Source: Carcharhinus longimanus (lineage: Eukaryota). Taken from it: a DNA stretch of 64,000 nt. Shown here piece by piece: positions 36,117 through 49,279 of this stretch (position 1 is its first letter; every line of letters starts with the position of its first letter). Where the stretch lies: positions 100,592,214 to 100,656,213 of the forward strand of contig JASCQW010000027.1 in the NCBI GenBank assembly GCA_030264375.1, read 5' to 3'. The notes below the pieces were generated by a model, which was not told the DNA's origin, did no database searches, and saw nothing but the letters and a program-made list of their open reading frames with translations. Made by a program: the position numbers and the translations under genes.

Positions 36117-36290
36117 TCCTGTCAATCAAAGCAGTTTAAAGAGGCTTCAGAGCAGCTGGGGCTTCTGAGAAAAAGCAAGGGAATCCTTCTATTGAAACTA
36201 ATATCTCCTGTCAATCAGAGTACTTCAAAGTGGTCTGATCGTAACTGGGGTTCTTGAAATCAACCAAGGGCAATCCCTTCTGTAGAATGG
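36117..36290. repeat. Degenerate tandem duplication, period 89 bp
   Basis: TCCTGTCAATCA..CTGGGG..CAAGGG..CCTTCT recurs at 36117 and 36206. Confidence 0.65.
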
Positions 36291-37179
36291 AGGACTGCTT
36301 TGAATTGAAAGCTTCCAGGTGTTTGGGGCGTATGAATATTCATGTGACCAGGCCACTTCAAAGCTTTATAGAACACTGACAAAAATAAAAAGTTTTAACA
36401 GAAAGTTTCCCAAAATTACCATGCTGAGCGATCTCCACATTTCCTGGGCAAGAAGGGGAAGTCCAGCCACAAGACCCCCATTCTGGGAAGAGTCCAAGGG
36501 TCAACATCGAGCCCCAACACACCTCTTTGGGAACCCTCCCTCTGCAACCTGGCAGCAGAGAGAGGTACATAGGCATGGTACTTAGCTCCTTGCCCCCCTC
36601 TGAGTCCAAGTTGCCAGGTCCATGCTTGGTGTATTGTTTGGTGCTCACTGGACCTCCCAAGGGGGGAGATCCTCGAACCCAATGATGACACTGAAGTGAT
36701 CATTCATTAATATTCATTATGTTTCCAACCACTCTAGACGAGAACCTGATGGAGGCCAGCAGAGTGGGCCGAAAGACTCACAACAGGCTTGACGCCTGGT
36801 GAGAATCCCATTATGGTTCTCATGCTTGTTTCAAAAGACCATTGGGAATTCCATCTGCAGCTAATGGCCCTGAGAATCACCCCCAAAATCTTGTGTAATT
36901 ATTGCTGCAGTGGATGGAGAATTTGCTGGCTGCCTTCGGCTCAAAGTTCTAGTCACTTAACTTGGAGACTGATTGCCGACAGTGTCCCATGGGGATAAGT
37001 GTTAGGATTTTTGCTGTCTCCTATTTAGATTGAGTTAGATGTCCATAAAGGGAGAGTATGATCTCCAGGTTTATTACTGATATCAAGTTGATGCTCATAT
37101 TAGGATTATAGAGGGTGCTCACCTGCTACAAAGCAAACTCAAAATTTTGATAGAACGGGACCCTCTTTGGTAAATGACA

Positions 37180-37680
37180 TTTAAATTGGAAAGCTGCAGT
37201 GCTATATAGAATGTAGAAAAGACTTACAAAAATAGTTCCAGGGATGAAGAACTTCAGTTATGAGGATAGAGAGGAAAGATTAGCAATATTCCTCTTGGAT
37301 TGGAGGCAGCTCAGAGGATATTTGTATAGATGTTCAAAAATGAGAGGCCTGGACAGAGTAGGTAAAGAGAAACTGTTCCCACTCTCAAAAGGATCAAAAA
37401 TGCAAGGACACATATTTGAAGCAGTTTGCAAAAGAAGCAAATGCGAAACAAGATAAAACTTTATCTCAGAGCGAGTGGTTTGGGTCTGGAATGTACTGCC
37501 TGGAAATGTCCTGATGGACAGATTCCATCAAGGTGTCCAAGAGGGCATTAGATGATTATTTGAAGAGAAACAATATACAGGGGTATGGGGGAAAAGACAG
37601 GAAGATGGCAATAAGTCATGATATTTATTTGGAGAGCTGATGCAGACATGATGAGCGAAATGCCTGTTTCTATGATTCTG
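37180..37680 (+). mobile_element. CR1 3' fragment
   Basis: MKNFSYEDREERLAIFLL...RGLDRVGKEKLFP; TTCTATGATTCT tail. Confidence 0.85.
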
Positions 37681-39097
37681 AGATCNNNNNNNNNNNNNNN
37701 NNNNNNNNNNNNNNNNNNNNNNNNNNNNNNNNNNNNNNNNNNNNNNNNNNNNNNNNNNNNNNNNNNNNNNNNNNNNNNNNNNNNNATCTATGTATACAAG
37801 TCTAATATTACATTTAAAGCCACTTAACTGTGAACAGAATTGAAACTGATGATGGAACCAAAAAATCTGTTTGTGATAGTGCAGTACTCTAAAGATGAGC
37901 GATCAATGGCATGAAGCTGTCTCAGAAGTTAAATGGGTTGCATTCAAATGAGAATTAACTACAGAGCAAAGCCATTTTGTCCTTGTACAAGATCATTCAG
38001 CTTTGATGCACTCACATGATGGGAGGGCGCTGAAACTTTGGAAAATATACAAAAGGAGACCACGAGATTGATTTCCAATTAAAACCTTTATCTACCCAGA
38101 TAAGTTTTGGAAGACCTGAAGCTTGAGAGCGTATTTTGATCAAGGCTTCGAGAACGATAAAGTCATTAGGATCGTGTTTACATGGACGTATTCCTTTTGC
38201 ATAAGTGGGACCACAATTAGAAGTTATGCAAGCACAGAACCAAGTTGGGTATTAGGCAATTCATCTTTTCCCAGAGATTGATGGAGCTGTGGAAAAAGTC
38301 ACTGACTCGTGGTCAATGTTGATTCTCCGCATACCCGATAAGGAGAGAGAGGAAGATTTGACTGGAGTGGAATCGCCGCAGAGAAGACACTGGCATCCTC
38401 TAAATCTGAGTCAATGTGATCTCCTGGACTAGCTTTAATCACTTAGAGGGTTTCAAAGGGATTTTCAAAGCTTTCGTTCCTGAATTACCATGGGCTTTTA
38501 ATTGGCTTCACACCTGCGCAGGCTGTTGCAGGGCTCTGGGTCAGTAGGGAGAATCCGTGCATTGATGAATAAGAATGTATTGAGGCAACCTTTTGGTCAG
38601 TTTCTGACATTCCCTTGTGCTCCTTGCATTGAGCTCCATTCATAAGCAAGGCACAGAAATCCCTTTCAACCTTGTTCTGCTCATGTGCAGCCACTCTTTG
38701 CATCTGTCTGCTCCTGCACTTGTTTTCAAAAAAAACTTTATTCAGAGTGTCTAACAAGTTTTAACATTCGTGATAGAGATATGCATCAATTTACATTTTA
38801 TCAGAAACAAAGTTTAAAAAAAAATCAATTCGAAACCTCTGAGTGATTCATAGCTTTTCTTTATCCAAAATCATGGACTTTTGCCCAAACACTGCCTTTC
38901 CCTCTGGATTGTTGGTGAACACATTTTTCTATTTTGATTACCACAGTCAGTGTATCCTGCTGATCTTCTTCAGTACTTTGTTCCCTCACTACATCGGCAT
39001 GTATTAGTAATAGTTAGACCATCACAGAAGGAAGTTCAAAGCAATGATCCTAGCTGAGACCGGGTAATTCACACAGGCCAAAGATCAAACTTTTCAG

Positions 39098-39395
39098 TAA
39101 GAACAGTACAGCACAGGAACAGGCCCTTCTGCCCTCCTAGCCTACGCTGATCATGATGTCTGCAAAAACTAAAACCATATACACTTGTGGAGTCCACATC
39201 CTTCCATTCCCATCCTATTCATCTAGTTGCCCCTTTAAATGCTGCTATCGTACCTGCTGCCGCCACCAATCCTGGCAGCGGGTTCCAGATGTTCACCACC
39301 CTCTGTGTTGAAAAAAAACCTGCCTCACACATCTCCTCTAAATTTCTCCCCATGCACCTTAAATCTATGTCTCCTAGTACTTGACAACCCTAGGA
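39098..39395 (-). mobile_element. CR1 3' fragment
   Basis: Antisense GAACAGTACAGCACAGGAACAGGCCCTTC...GGCAGCGGGTTCCAG...ACCACCCTCTGTG. Confidence 0.8.
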
Positions 39396-39419
39396 AAAAG
39401 ATAAGCTTCAATAGGAAAC

Positions 39420-39594
39420 CATAACATAGAACATTACAGCACAGTACAGGCCCTTCGGCCCTCAGTGTTGTGTTGAGCTATGTGCAATCCCAAGATCCTC
39501 CCGATAATTCTGGAGTTCTCCATGTGCCTATCCAATAACCGCTTGAAAGTTCCTAAAGTGTCCGACTCCACTATCACAGCAGGCAGTCTATTCC
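39420..39594 (-). mobile_element. Young CR1 3' end (same subfamily as 41610-41910)
   Basis: NRLPAVIVESDTLGTFKRLLDRHME. Confidence 0.9.
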
Positions 39595-39694
39595 NNNNNN
39601 NNNNNNNNNNNNNNNNNNNNNNNNNNNNNNNNNNNNNNNNNNNNNNNNNNNNNNNNNNNNNNNNNNNNNNNNNNNNNNNNNNNNNNNNNNNNNN

Positions 39695-39900
39695 ACCACA
39701 ATCCAACCCAGGCTCTATCCCAAAGCCCCATGCATTTACCCTCGCTCGTCCCTCTAACACAAAATTTAGCACAGCCAATCACCCCCAACCCAAATGTCTT
39801 TGGGCTGTGGGAGGAAACTGGATTACCCACAGTGACCCAAGCCTGGAATCAAACCCAGGTCCACGGCACTGTGAGGCAGCAGTGCTAACCACTGTGCCAC
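39695..39900 (-). mobile_element. HE1-type V-SINE, internally deleted
   Basis: Antisense CACAGTGACCCAAGCCTGGAATCAAACCC...GAGGCAGCAGTGCTAACCACTGTGCCAC. Confidence 0.85.
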
Positions 39901-40254
39901 CCCCAGCACCACAGCCCAGTCTTTACTCAGATTCTAGACTCCTGAGCCTCCTCCATGAGTACCTGTACCCTCAGGTACCCGCCCAGGCCCCAAGCACATC
40001 CGTAGCGTTCCCAATCACTTGTATCCAGAGTTAGCCAGCCCACCCACCCCCTCTCCTCCCGTAAGCACAGGAACTCATTTCCTTCTTGTTCCTCCAAATC
40101 ATTTTTAAACCTTTAAATCTACCTCTTTGACCAAGTTTTGGGTTACCTGCTCCAATATCCTGCTATACTTGGTTTTATAAAGCTCCTGTGAAGTACCTTA
40201 GTTTTAGTAATGATGTTTTTATCAGTTTGTCATTTATAACTCATCTGGTTGAAG

Positions 40255-40520
40255 GGTCAGTCACAGGGAGACATGTTAAAAGTGAGGGGCAGGAGGATGT
40301 GAGGAAAAAGCTTTTTATCCGGAGGATGGTGGAGGTGGGTTGCCTCATCCTTTTAAAAAAAAGTATCTGGGTGAGCACTTGGCACATCATAACATCACAT
40401 CATATTCAGGGCTATGGGCCAAGACTGGCACATGGGATTAGGTGGGCAGGTCAGGGCCTTTCACCTGTTGACACAGACTTGATGGGCTGAAGGGCCTCTT
40501 CTGCACAGTAGTATTCTGTG
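40255..40520 (+). mobile_element. CR1 3' fragment
   Basis: VTGRHVKSEGQEDVRKKLFIRRMV; tail GATGGGCTGAAGGGCCTCTTCTGCAC. Confidence 0.7.
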
Positions 40521-40577
40521 TATTATGGGATGTTTCATTATTTTACAAAGAAATAATTCTGGCTGTGGGACTTTTCC

Positions 40578-40874
40578 CACACAGTGGTACAGTGCTTAGC
40601 TCTGCTGTCTCAGCTCCAGGGACCCAGGTTCAATTCCAGCTTGGGTCACTGTTTGTGCAGAGTTTGCACGTTCTCCCCCATGGGTTTCCTCTGGGTGCTC
40701 CAGTTTCTTCCCACAGTCCAAGAGACTTGCTGGTTAGATGCATTGAGGGAGAATTTAGCACAACCAGTGTAGTGAGGTGGTGCTGGAGTGTGGCAACTCA
40801 GGGATTAGGTGGGCTACAGTAACTTCGTTGCAGTGTTAATGTAAACCTTACTTGTGACACTAACAAACTAACTT
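40578..40874 (+). mobile_element. V-SINE with alternative tail
   Basis: HE1-like head; tail CAGTAACTTCGTTGCAGTGTTAATGTAAACCTTACTTGTGACACTAACAAAC. Confidence 0.88.
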
Positions 40875-41609
40875 TGTCCGTCCACTCCAGGGTGGGGATC
40901 ATTAATTGCAGCATTTGTTTGAGAGCAGGGAAAACAAGGAACAAAAACAGGATGAAGGAAGATCTACAACTCATCAGGAAGGGGCGAAGTGGCCCAATAG
41001 ATTGGAAAGAATTTTCCAAATGCGGGGGGGGGGGGGGAAGAAAAACAGGAAAATGGGAGACAGTGGTAAATAGCAATTGTATTGAAGAGAAACGAGCCAA
41101 CAACCCAGAATAAAAGGTGTGATTGGTGAATTGAAAAATTTCCCAATTGTGCGTACGCGACTCGGGAATAAAAATCCAGGCTGCAAATATTGCCGTACCT
41201 CAAAAAGAGAGCAAGACAAGGCTGGACGCAGGGAGTGTAAATGATCAAAAGACTGAGAGTTATTGCTTAAGAATATTTGCATTCCTATCTAACTTTGAAC
41301 TCTTCCGCTGTTCACAGCCGCCCATCTGAACCCTGATTCCATTCAATCTAATCCCATCGGCATAAATGGACAGAACAGAAATCTAGCTAAACGTGGAGTC
41401 GCAATTCTAGGAATTGTTTATATTCCTCTAAATGGGAACTGATTATTTATTTTAGAAGAATATGACTTGAAAGGAATTTATAAAGAAAATGGCCTTTATT
41501 GTGACATCTAAAGCTTAAGACAAACAGAGAAGGATAATTGAAGTCCAAGCATCAAAAATATTTCCATTGGAAATTCTCACAGAAGCAATAATTTCCAAAT
41601 TCTAAAACA

Positions 41610-41910
41610 CAGAATTATTACAGCACAGTACAGGCCCTTTGGCCCTCGATGTTGTGCTGAGCTTTGTCCAATCCCAAGATCAAGCTATCCCACTCCCTAT
41701 CATTCTGGAGTGCTCCATCTGCCTATCCAATAACCACTTCAGAGTGCCTAAAGTGTCCGACTCCACTATCACAGCAGGCAGTCTATTCCACACTCCAACC
41801 ACTCTCCGAGTAAAGAATCTACCTCGGACATCCCTCCAATATCTCCCACCGTGAACCTTATAGCTATGCCCCCTAGTTACAGCTACATCCACCCGAGGAC
41901 ATAGTCTCTG
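41610..41910 (-). mobile_element. Young CR1 3' end
   Basis: TRGHSYKVHGGRYWRDVRGRFFTRRVVGVWNRLPAVIVESDTLG. Confidence 0.92.
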
Positions 41911-42509
41911 CATAACTTTGTACGTTAGGTCACCTTAAAAAAATCTTGAGGCAAAATGGTAAAAATACACAGTGATTTGCTTTCCCGATCATGTTTAATC
42001 TGAGAATCCATCTGCATTTAGCAGTGGTGGTTAACCTATTGCTGTTTTATCACATAAGAAGAAAAGCTGTTTGCCTTCAGTATTGTGCCCAGCATATTGT
42101 GACATTGTAGTTTCTGCACCAAAGGTCCACAAAATCAGAGAGAGACCAGCACATCGGGGATTTATTGTTTGAGTGCCAGTTCAAACCCACTGTAATTATA
42201 GGCTTTAGACCACAGGCAACTCTCTCCGAGGCTGTTCTTGCAGCCTGACTTCACTTTGGCTCTAAACAGCCTAGTAGGGTTTTTCAGTATTTAGTCACAC
42301 GTACAAACGTCTGTGTATCAGATAAATAATTATAACTCCAGGATACTTTTAATGGAATTTGGGGAAGCCTGCATTGCAAACAATTAATCTGGAGAAAACT
42401 CTTAACATCAGCTGTGCTGGAGTGGAGCACACTGCAATAGAAATAAATAACTATAATTTAATCTGCGGTATGCTGCAATATCCTTGTACTTGCCTAATAT
42501 GTTGCCATG

Positions 42510-42692
42510 CTTTCACTGTCGCTGGGTGAGAAACATGGAATTCCCTTCCGAGCAGTACTGCGGGTCATACTCGCAGCAGATGGACGCTCACAGAAAAAGG
42601 CAGCTCACCAACACCTTCTCGAGGGCAATGAGTGATGGACAACAAATACTCACCTTGTCAGCTGCGCTAAATCCCGTGAAACAATGAAAAAA
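42510..42692 (+). mobile_element. 3' end of L2/CR1-group LINE
   Basis: FTVAG*ETWNSLPSSTAG...KKAAHQHLLEGNE; GAGGGCAATGAGTGATGGACAACAAAT. Confidence 0.7.
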
Positions 42693-42910
42693 GTCAGAAA
42701 ATCTAGGTGAACGAAGTACATTAAAGGAACATTGGAGTGGATATTGACTTTGTGTGCTCATCTAAAATGGTTGCAAATGATCGGAAACCCATTTTATATT
42801 TCTCCTGATGTTTATTTTTATTGACTTCAACTCACTATCATCCATTTTACACGTTCATATAGAGTCAAGCTTGTGATATAATTTAGGACCAAACACTGAC
42901 ACATACACAT

Positions 42911-43043
42911 AGGGTGGGCAGGTTTTCCAGTCGTGCTCGCCCCCGAGACCAGACAATACCACCTGAAGTCAACAGACTTTGGCATGGTCCATATCCCACC
43001 CACGCCAATTCCTGTGGTAGGCATGATTGCAAATTTCCACTCT
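42911..43043 (+). mobile_element. ~130-bp MITE-like family copy
   Basis: Resembles the reverse complement of 58097-58216 and 59210-59311; ends GGGCAGGTTTTCC / AAATTTCCACTC. Confidence 0.45.
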
Positions 43044-43409
43044 TGGAGTTCTGCTGCCCAACTGAGCTGGTCTTTTCTGGTTTTGGTTTCGAGACAAATA
43101 CACACAAATGGCCACAAGGGGTGCTATTGCACTCTTCTGCCCCCCCCGGCCCCCGCCCCCCAATGAAAACATTACGCAACATTCAAATTCTATACAGTGT
43201 ATATACATTTTTTGTTTCCAATTGCAAAATTTTTGCAAGACAAAAGGAAGTCAATCAACTCATTAAGTCTGCACTGACTTCCTGAAAAGGCATTCTACTC
43301 ATCTCATTTCCTTGCCCTGTTACCCTGGCATTCTTTTCAGATAGCAATCCAGTTCCCTTCAAAGTATCTTGATCAAACCTGCCTCCACTATTTATCCTGT
43401 CTTCTTGTA

Positions 43410-43690
43410 GGGTGGCAGAGTGCCACGTTAAGCACTGCTGCCTTACCACATCAGGGACCTGGGTTCGATTCCTGACTTAGGTCACTGGCTGTGTGGAGTT
43501 TGTGCATTCTTCCCGTGTCTGCATGGGTTTGTTCCAGTTTCCTCCAACAATCTGAAAGGCATGCGTTGCTCATATTAAATTCTTCCTCATTGTACCTGAA
43601 GAAGCACTGGACTGTGGCGACTAGGGGACTTTTCATCGTAAGTTCATTGCAGTGTCAATGTAAGCCTTTTTGTGACTAACAAGTAAATGT
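43410..43690 (+). mobile_element. V-SINE with alternative tail
   Basis: AAGCACTGCTGCCTT...GGGTTCGATTCC...GTGGCGACTAGGGG...CATTGCAGTGTCAATGTAAGCC...GTGACTAACAAG. Confidence 0.85.
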
Positions 43691-43699
43691 TATTTTACT

Positions 43700-44870
43700 C
43701 ACATGCAAGTCCCCTTTTTATCTTGAATTAACCCTACTCTTTAGTTTAACACCCTTGTTATTTATATGCTTACAGAAGACTTTAGGATTTTTTCTTATGT
43801 TAGCTGCTGGCCTCTTTTCATGTTCTCTCCTTGTTTTTCTTATTAATTTTTTCACTTCCACTTTGATCCTTCTATATTCTTACTTCCTTACTTCTCATTG
43901 AACTTTCTACTGACATCTACCAAACACCCATTTCTTCCTTTTCAGCTTTGCCTCTGTCTCTTGTGTCACCAAGGTCACTTTGGCTTTATTTGTCTGACCT
44001 TTCCCCGAAAAGCGAATATACCAAAATTGCCTGTAATTTTGTTTTTGAAGGTGGCCCACTGTTTGACCACCACCCTTTCTGCCTACATTTGATTTCAACA
44101 CACTCAGCTTGGATGCATTCCCATCCCATTGAAGTTGAATCTCCCCACCAACACCCCTGCCCCCTGTTAATTATCTATGCTCTGGATTGTTCCTTTTCCT
44201 TTTGTACAGCTCAACCTGTTGATATAATGTTTACCATCCCTAATTGCTTACTCACTGATATTTAATCCACGTCTGCCCTCTCACTGGACCAGAAAGATAC
44301 AGCTTCAGAAAATTATCCTGAACACATTCCAGGAACACTTGCCTCTCTTGCCCCTTTGTGCTATATTTCTATCCCAGTCTATATTTGGGTAATTAGAGTT
44401 TCCTCATAATTACTCTATAATTCTTGCACCTCTCTGTAATTTCTTTGCACAGTTGTTTCTTTATCTCCCTTCTATGTTGTTGCATCTCTTTCATTCCTGA
44501 CAAGCCAGATAGATTCTGTCTTTGATCTCTCTGGAACATCCTGTCTCTCCAGTACTGTAATGCCATCTTTAATCAATACTGCCACTCTCCCAGTTCTCCT
44601 CTCCCCACTTTTCTTCCTTTCCTGTCCTCATTGCAGTTTGCACCCAAAAATATTTAACAGCCAATCCTGCCGTTGTAATGATATTCCATTTGTCAATCTG
44701 TGCCTGTAGTTCACGAGTCTTATGAGCTACACACCATGCATTCATAAAGAGCCACATTAGTTCTGATTTTTACTTTCCCTCTTTTTCTGATCTCACCTAA
44801 TGAACATTGCTTCTCTAATTCTAGCAAACTCTCCAAGTATTCTCATTCCTTGATACGACTCTCTGATAAC
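43700..44870 (-). mobile_element. Old CR1 ORF2 N-terminal (endonuclease) region
   Basis: LFMNAWCVAHKTRELQAQIDKWNII resembles CR1 YxNARSIxNKxxELxAxI; pyrimidine-rich antisense CR1-like sequence throughout. Confidence 0.65.
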
Positions 44871-44874
44871 ATCT

Positions 44875-45165
44875 GTTGCCCATTTTTAATTGCCCTGGAG
44901 AAGGTTAAGAAGCAATCACATTGCAATGGGTTTAAAGTCATTGGTAGACCAGACCAGGCATGGAAGGCAGATTTCTTCCCCTGAAGGACATGAGTGAACC
45001 AGGTGAAAATGGCTTAATGGACATCATTAGTTAGTCTATCTTTCAATTACAGATTTATTAATTGAATTTAAATTCTCACAGCGTAATTTGAACCTCTGTC
45101 CCCAGAATATTGGTCTGAGCCATTGGATTACTAGTCTGGTGACATTACTGCTCTGCCATCATTTC
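44875..45165 (-). mobile_element. tRNA-derived SINE sharing its head with the LINE at 628 and its tail with that LINE family's 3' end
   Basis: Minus strand GGCAGAGCAGTAATGTCACCAGACTAGTAATCC...GAATTTAAATTCAATTAATAAATCTG...CTGGTTCACT...GAAATCTGCC...CAGGGCAATTAAAAATGGGCAAC. Confidence 0.7.
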
Positions 45166-46884
45166 CCCAGAAAGATGTGAATAATTCAATGCAAAGTTCA
45201 CAAAGATTAAAATTCCATGAAATTTCTGTCCAGTGCCTAAAGGCAGCCAAAAAATTCCAGAAGAGCAACCCAAGAATGCAGCCCACATTATTCAACTCTG
45301 ACTTTTGTATGGTTAAGGGACTGTTGTAATCCATGGAGTATTTGATTATCCATGCCATTGTTTCTCCTTATAACCTTCAGTCCTCTGCNNNNNNNNNNGA
45401 TGTTCATCCAGCTCTTTATTCGTGGAGTCAATCAACGTGCGATTAATTACTTATGATGTGATTCTGTTCCACATATCAACTGCTCTGTAGGGGAAACAAT
45501 CTAATTTCTAATCTAATTTAATGCTTGTTAATCTTGCGCTGTGTCATCTCGTACTGCAATCACCGTCCAAGTTAAATAACCTAATTCCGTGTACATAATG
45601 TGTCTTTCAAGTGTTTTACAGACCTGGATCATGTCCTCTCATAATCTTATTTTCCTCAGTGAAAAGTTCAATTCTGTCAGCCTTTATTTGATCACATGAG
45701 AGCACTCCCTTCAATGCATGAGCATCCTTTGAAAGGTAGCATGCTATGAACGATACATTTTCTTATTCCCTTGCTTTGATGTAAAAGATTCAATTTTAAA
45801 TGATTTGTAGATTCACGTTGACTCCCAGTTTTACCTGCCACATGGCATTTAAGTGTAGAAAGAGGGAAAGATGCTCCATTCTTTCAGATGTGGTAAATCT
45901 AATGAATTAGTCTAGGTTACAGAAACCATTTTCAACTTGTAATTCAAAGCTGATGTGCTGCATCCAGGTCCTTGATTACCTTCTTAATAGCAACCTCATA
46001 CTGTATGGAGACTTGTAATGAATGATTGTTAGTCGCATCCAAATACTTGGCTGTGTTTGCTGCCAATGCCATATATGCGCAGCTGTATACTGTTGACAGA
46101 CCCAGGTGAACGGCCATAATATTTTTAGATGAGTAATGTGGAGCAGGGCGCATTTCTAGTTATCATTGTCAGCAGGCGGAGAGAATGTTATTTCTATCCT
46201 GAAATGACAGTAATGGACTTACAGGGCATTGGAAGGGAAGGAAAAATTAAAATCCATTTCTTGTAGGATACTTTGCTGAAGTCATATTGGTCAATGTTTC
46301 TACACTCTGCCTTACTATCTCAATAATGTCAGTGGATTGTAGGATACTAAGAGTGTTAGGCTATATTGTTTGTCCAAGTGTCACAGCAACCTGCAAATCC
46401 ACTTGCATTCCTGGAATAGTGAGAAGAGTTTACAAGGAAATAATTGCAGTTTCCCATCTACAAATCTTTCCCCCTGTCTTTGACCATGCTGTGTTGCAGG
46501 CTACAGGCTCCAGTTGTGAATTCATTGGATTTCTGCACATGCTCAGATCAGTGTGCGTATGCAGATGGGTATTAATAGCCATCTTGCAAGAACATCTTTC
46601 TTTGGCAGCAGACACAGTACAACTACTTAATCATTTTCTACTTTTTCCAGTCAAACCATTCACTTAGTATGCATGGTTACTGTTTCCTAATTGCATCCCG
46701 ATTTCTAACCATTATTTTAGTTATCTTTAATGAACCTTTGTCAGCCTACCATTTTTTGTAGTTCTGATCTATTGTGACTGAATTATCTGTGATCCTGTTT
46801 TGCTGATGTAAATATAGTGGTATGGGACTTCAATGACCTTTTGTCTGCACCATTCTGCACAGAAAGCCCATGGGCCATCATAAA

Positions 46885-47055
46885 AGGAAGGAATAATCTG
46901 AATTGCTATAGCAGCTTTATGGCCTCGTAATCCTGAAGCACTTCACAGCCAAAGATGTACTACTGAAGTACCATTACTAATGTAGTGCACAGAATTGTTT
47001 GCTAATAATTTGCACACAGCATAGTTCCACACATATCAGTCAGACAACGACCAGT
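46885..47055 (-). mobile_element. Deu-domain SINE 3' part
   Basis: Antisense GAAGCACTTCACAGCCAA...TACTGAAGT...AATTTGCACACAGCA, homologous to 11645-11785. Confidence 0.55.
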
Positions 47056-48573
47056 ATTTCAAGGTGACCACTATCTCAAGAATGCTTCCTACTCATATCT
47101 AGCCATTTCTATGGCATGAATTTCCCCTTGCCTGATGCCAGTTTAAATGTGGGGCAAGTCAAAGGGATCTCGAGCTGTCCTGCAATTGTGACATTATCAA
47201 GCAGGATAAGCAGCTAATCACATAGATGCATTCTCATAGACAACAAACCAGGGAGCAAAATTCTCTGACTGTCCTTTATTTTGAATCATGCACAGTGGAA
47301 TAAATGCTTATGGATTTAACAAAGTAAAATCTTTCACTGTAATGGAGAACTCGACATTCAGTAAGTACAAAATTAGAATTTCAAATTCTATAAAAGTTCA
47401 ATAAGTGTGTTGAACAGTTCAACATTTAAAATCCTGTTGCATAATATTTAACTCCAATTTCAAGAGTTTTTACAGCGTGATGAGAAGTGTGGAAGTGCAA
47501 GGTTTTGACAGTTCACTGATAGCATTGGAATTGTACTCTGGGAACTTTATGGAGAACTGTCGAGTCACTGACAGCAACTCCCTGGATTTCCATGTTTAAT
47601 TACACACGCGCAGACTTCAGAAATTTCTGTCAGCTTCTGATGTCTAATGATGTTGAACACACAGTTTCTCTACCATTATACTACTGCAAGATCCAGGTCC
47701 ATGTTAATTATAATCTGCTTGTCAAATGATGGAAGGTTGTGCAACTTGGAAATGGGTGAACACATGATAACAGTTGTCTTCAAGGCAGTGCTTCAGGCCA
47801 CTTAGTTCCATTTGCAAGTGGTCTAATGAGTGTCTCTATTATGGGCCCTCTGCTTATCCTATCATGATTCATAATAATCATACCTCCTACTAACACAGGT
47901 GCAATGCCTTCTGTGCTGCCTTGTTTGAGAATAGGACACTTTTTCTTCAGTAATAACTTTCTGGGTGCATTTTTGGAATGGTTAATTTTAATGACATTTG
48001 CAGTCATTTTTGAATGCAGCTTATAAGCAGGGGGAAGTATGCAATTTTTCCAGATAGCTTTCACCAGGAGTTTATAAATTGGTGTGAAAGAGTAATTGCT
48101 CAAGTTAAGACTTCAGGCCAGGAACATTTTCCTGGTTTGGAGGCTTTAGATGTTTATAGCTTTGAACTTAAAACTTTTACGAGATGCTAAACACTTGAAA
48201 ATTGTGTGCTGGTGGCAAGTTAGCTCTTAAAGAGGAACAGAATCCTTTTAATGAACTCAAAATCAAAATGATGGGTAGATTTGATGTGTCTTGCAAATAT
48301 GTATCACATGCTTCATTCTGCAAAAGAAAAACTGCCTATCCCGTAATAATGCTCTCAGATGTCTGCATCAGTTGATATGACTGATGAAACTTATTGAATG
48401 TTACCAACAATTAATGTTAAACTTGTGAGTCTATAACTTGTAGATTCCAACTGTTTCCTGGTTAATATTTAGGCACAATTTGGGATCCTCTCCTGTCAAT
48501 GGGATCAATCTGAGACTTTAACAAATTCAGTAAGGCAGCCCAATGGATTTAATTCTAATCTCACATCAATCTT

Positions 48574-48850
48574 TGATGTGGAGATGCTGGTGTTGGTCTG
48601 GGGTGGACACAGTAAGAAGTCTCCCAACACCAGGTTAAAGTCCAACAGGTTTACTTGGAATCGGAACACTGCCCCTTCATCAGGTGACTCCCATTTCATT
48701 AGTTGGGACTCGCACAGTAACTTCATTGCAGTGTTAATGTAAGCCTACTTGTGACACTAAACAAACTTTAAATAAACCTGATGAAAGAGCAGTGCTCCAA
48801 AAGCTTGTGATTCCAAATAAATCTATTAGACTTTAACCTGGCATTGTGAG
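48574..48850. mobile_element. Palindromic Penelope-like element with a V-SINE tail nested in its loop
   Basis: Same arms as 18027 element; degenerate hammerhead CTGATGA-A-AGAGC-AGT-GCTCC-AAAA-GCT-T-GTG at 48778-48809; SINE tail ~48712-48775; flanks ACATCAATCTT / ACATCTATCTT. Confidence 0.8.
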
Positions 48851-49279
48851 ACATCTATCTTCGGTTTTACATCATCAGGATAGAATGATACCCACTGATC
48901 ATTCAGCTATATTTATGCAAATGAGCTCTAGAAGAAACTCTCAGGCACATCATGTGGCTCTTGATTTCTTTCTGACTCTTAACCAAAAACAGCCTTGTTT
49001 TTGCTGCCAAACATAAGGACAGAGGCAGAATCAAAATAGGGAAAAAGGACATCAATGATAGGGAAGAAACTAACCGAATTCACTGGAACTGTCCTTGGCA
49101 AATCCTTGGATACACTTTTATATTTAGTGTCATACGTCATGATCCCAAGGTTTCAAAATGGCGGCAGAGCGTGGCAAATTCTTGCAAACTGTGCCCAGCA
49201 CACCTTCTAATCCTATCTTTTACTCTCATTTTATGCTTCTAAAACTTTATTCTCACACTTTTAAACTCTCTAACAATGC

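Noticed and set aside
46287-46667. 126-aa plus-strand ORF and antisense 61-aa ORF
   Set aside because: No recognisable homology or splice signals; the other minus-strand frames contain stops.
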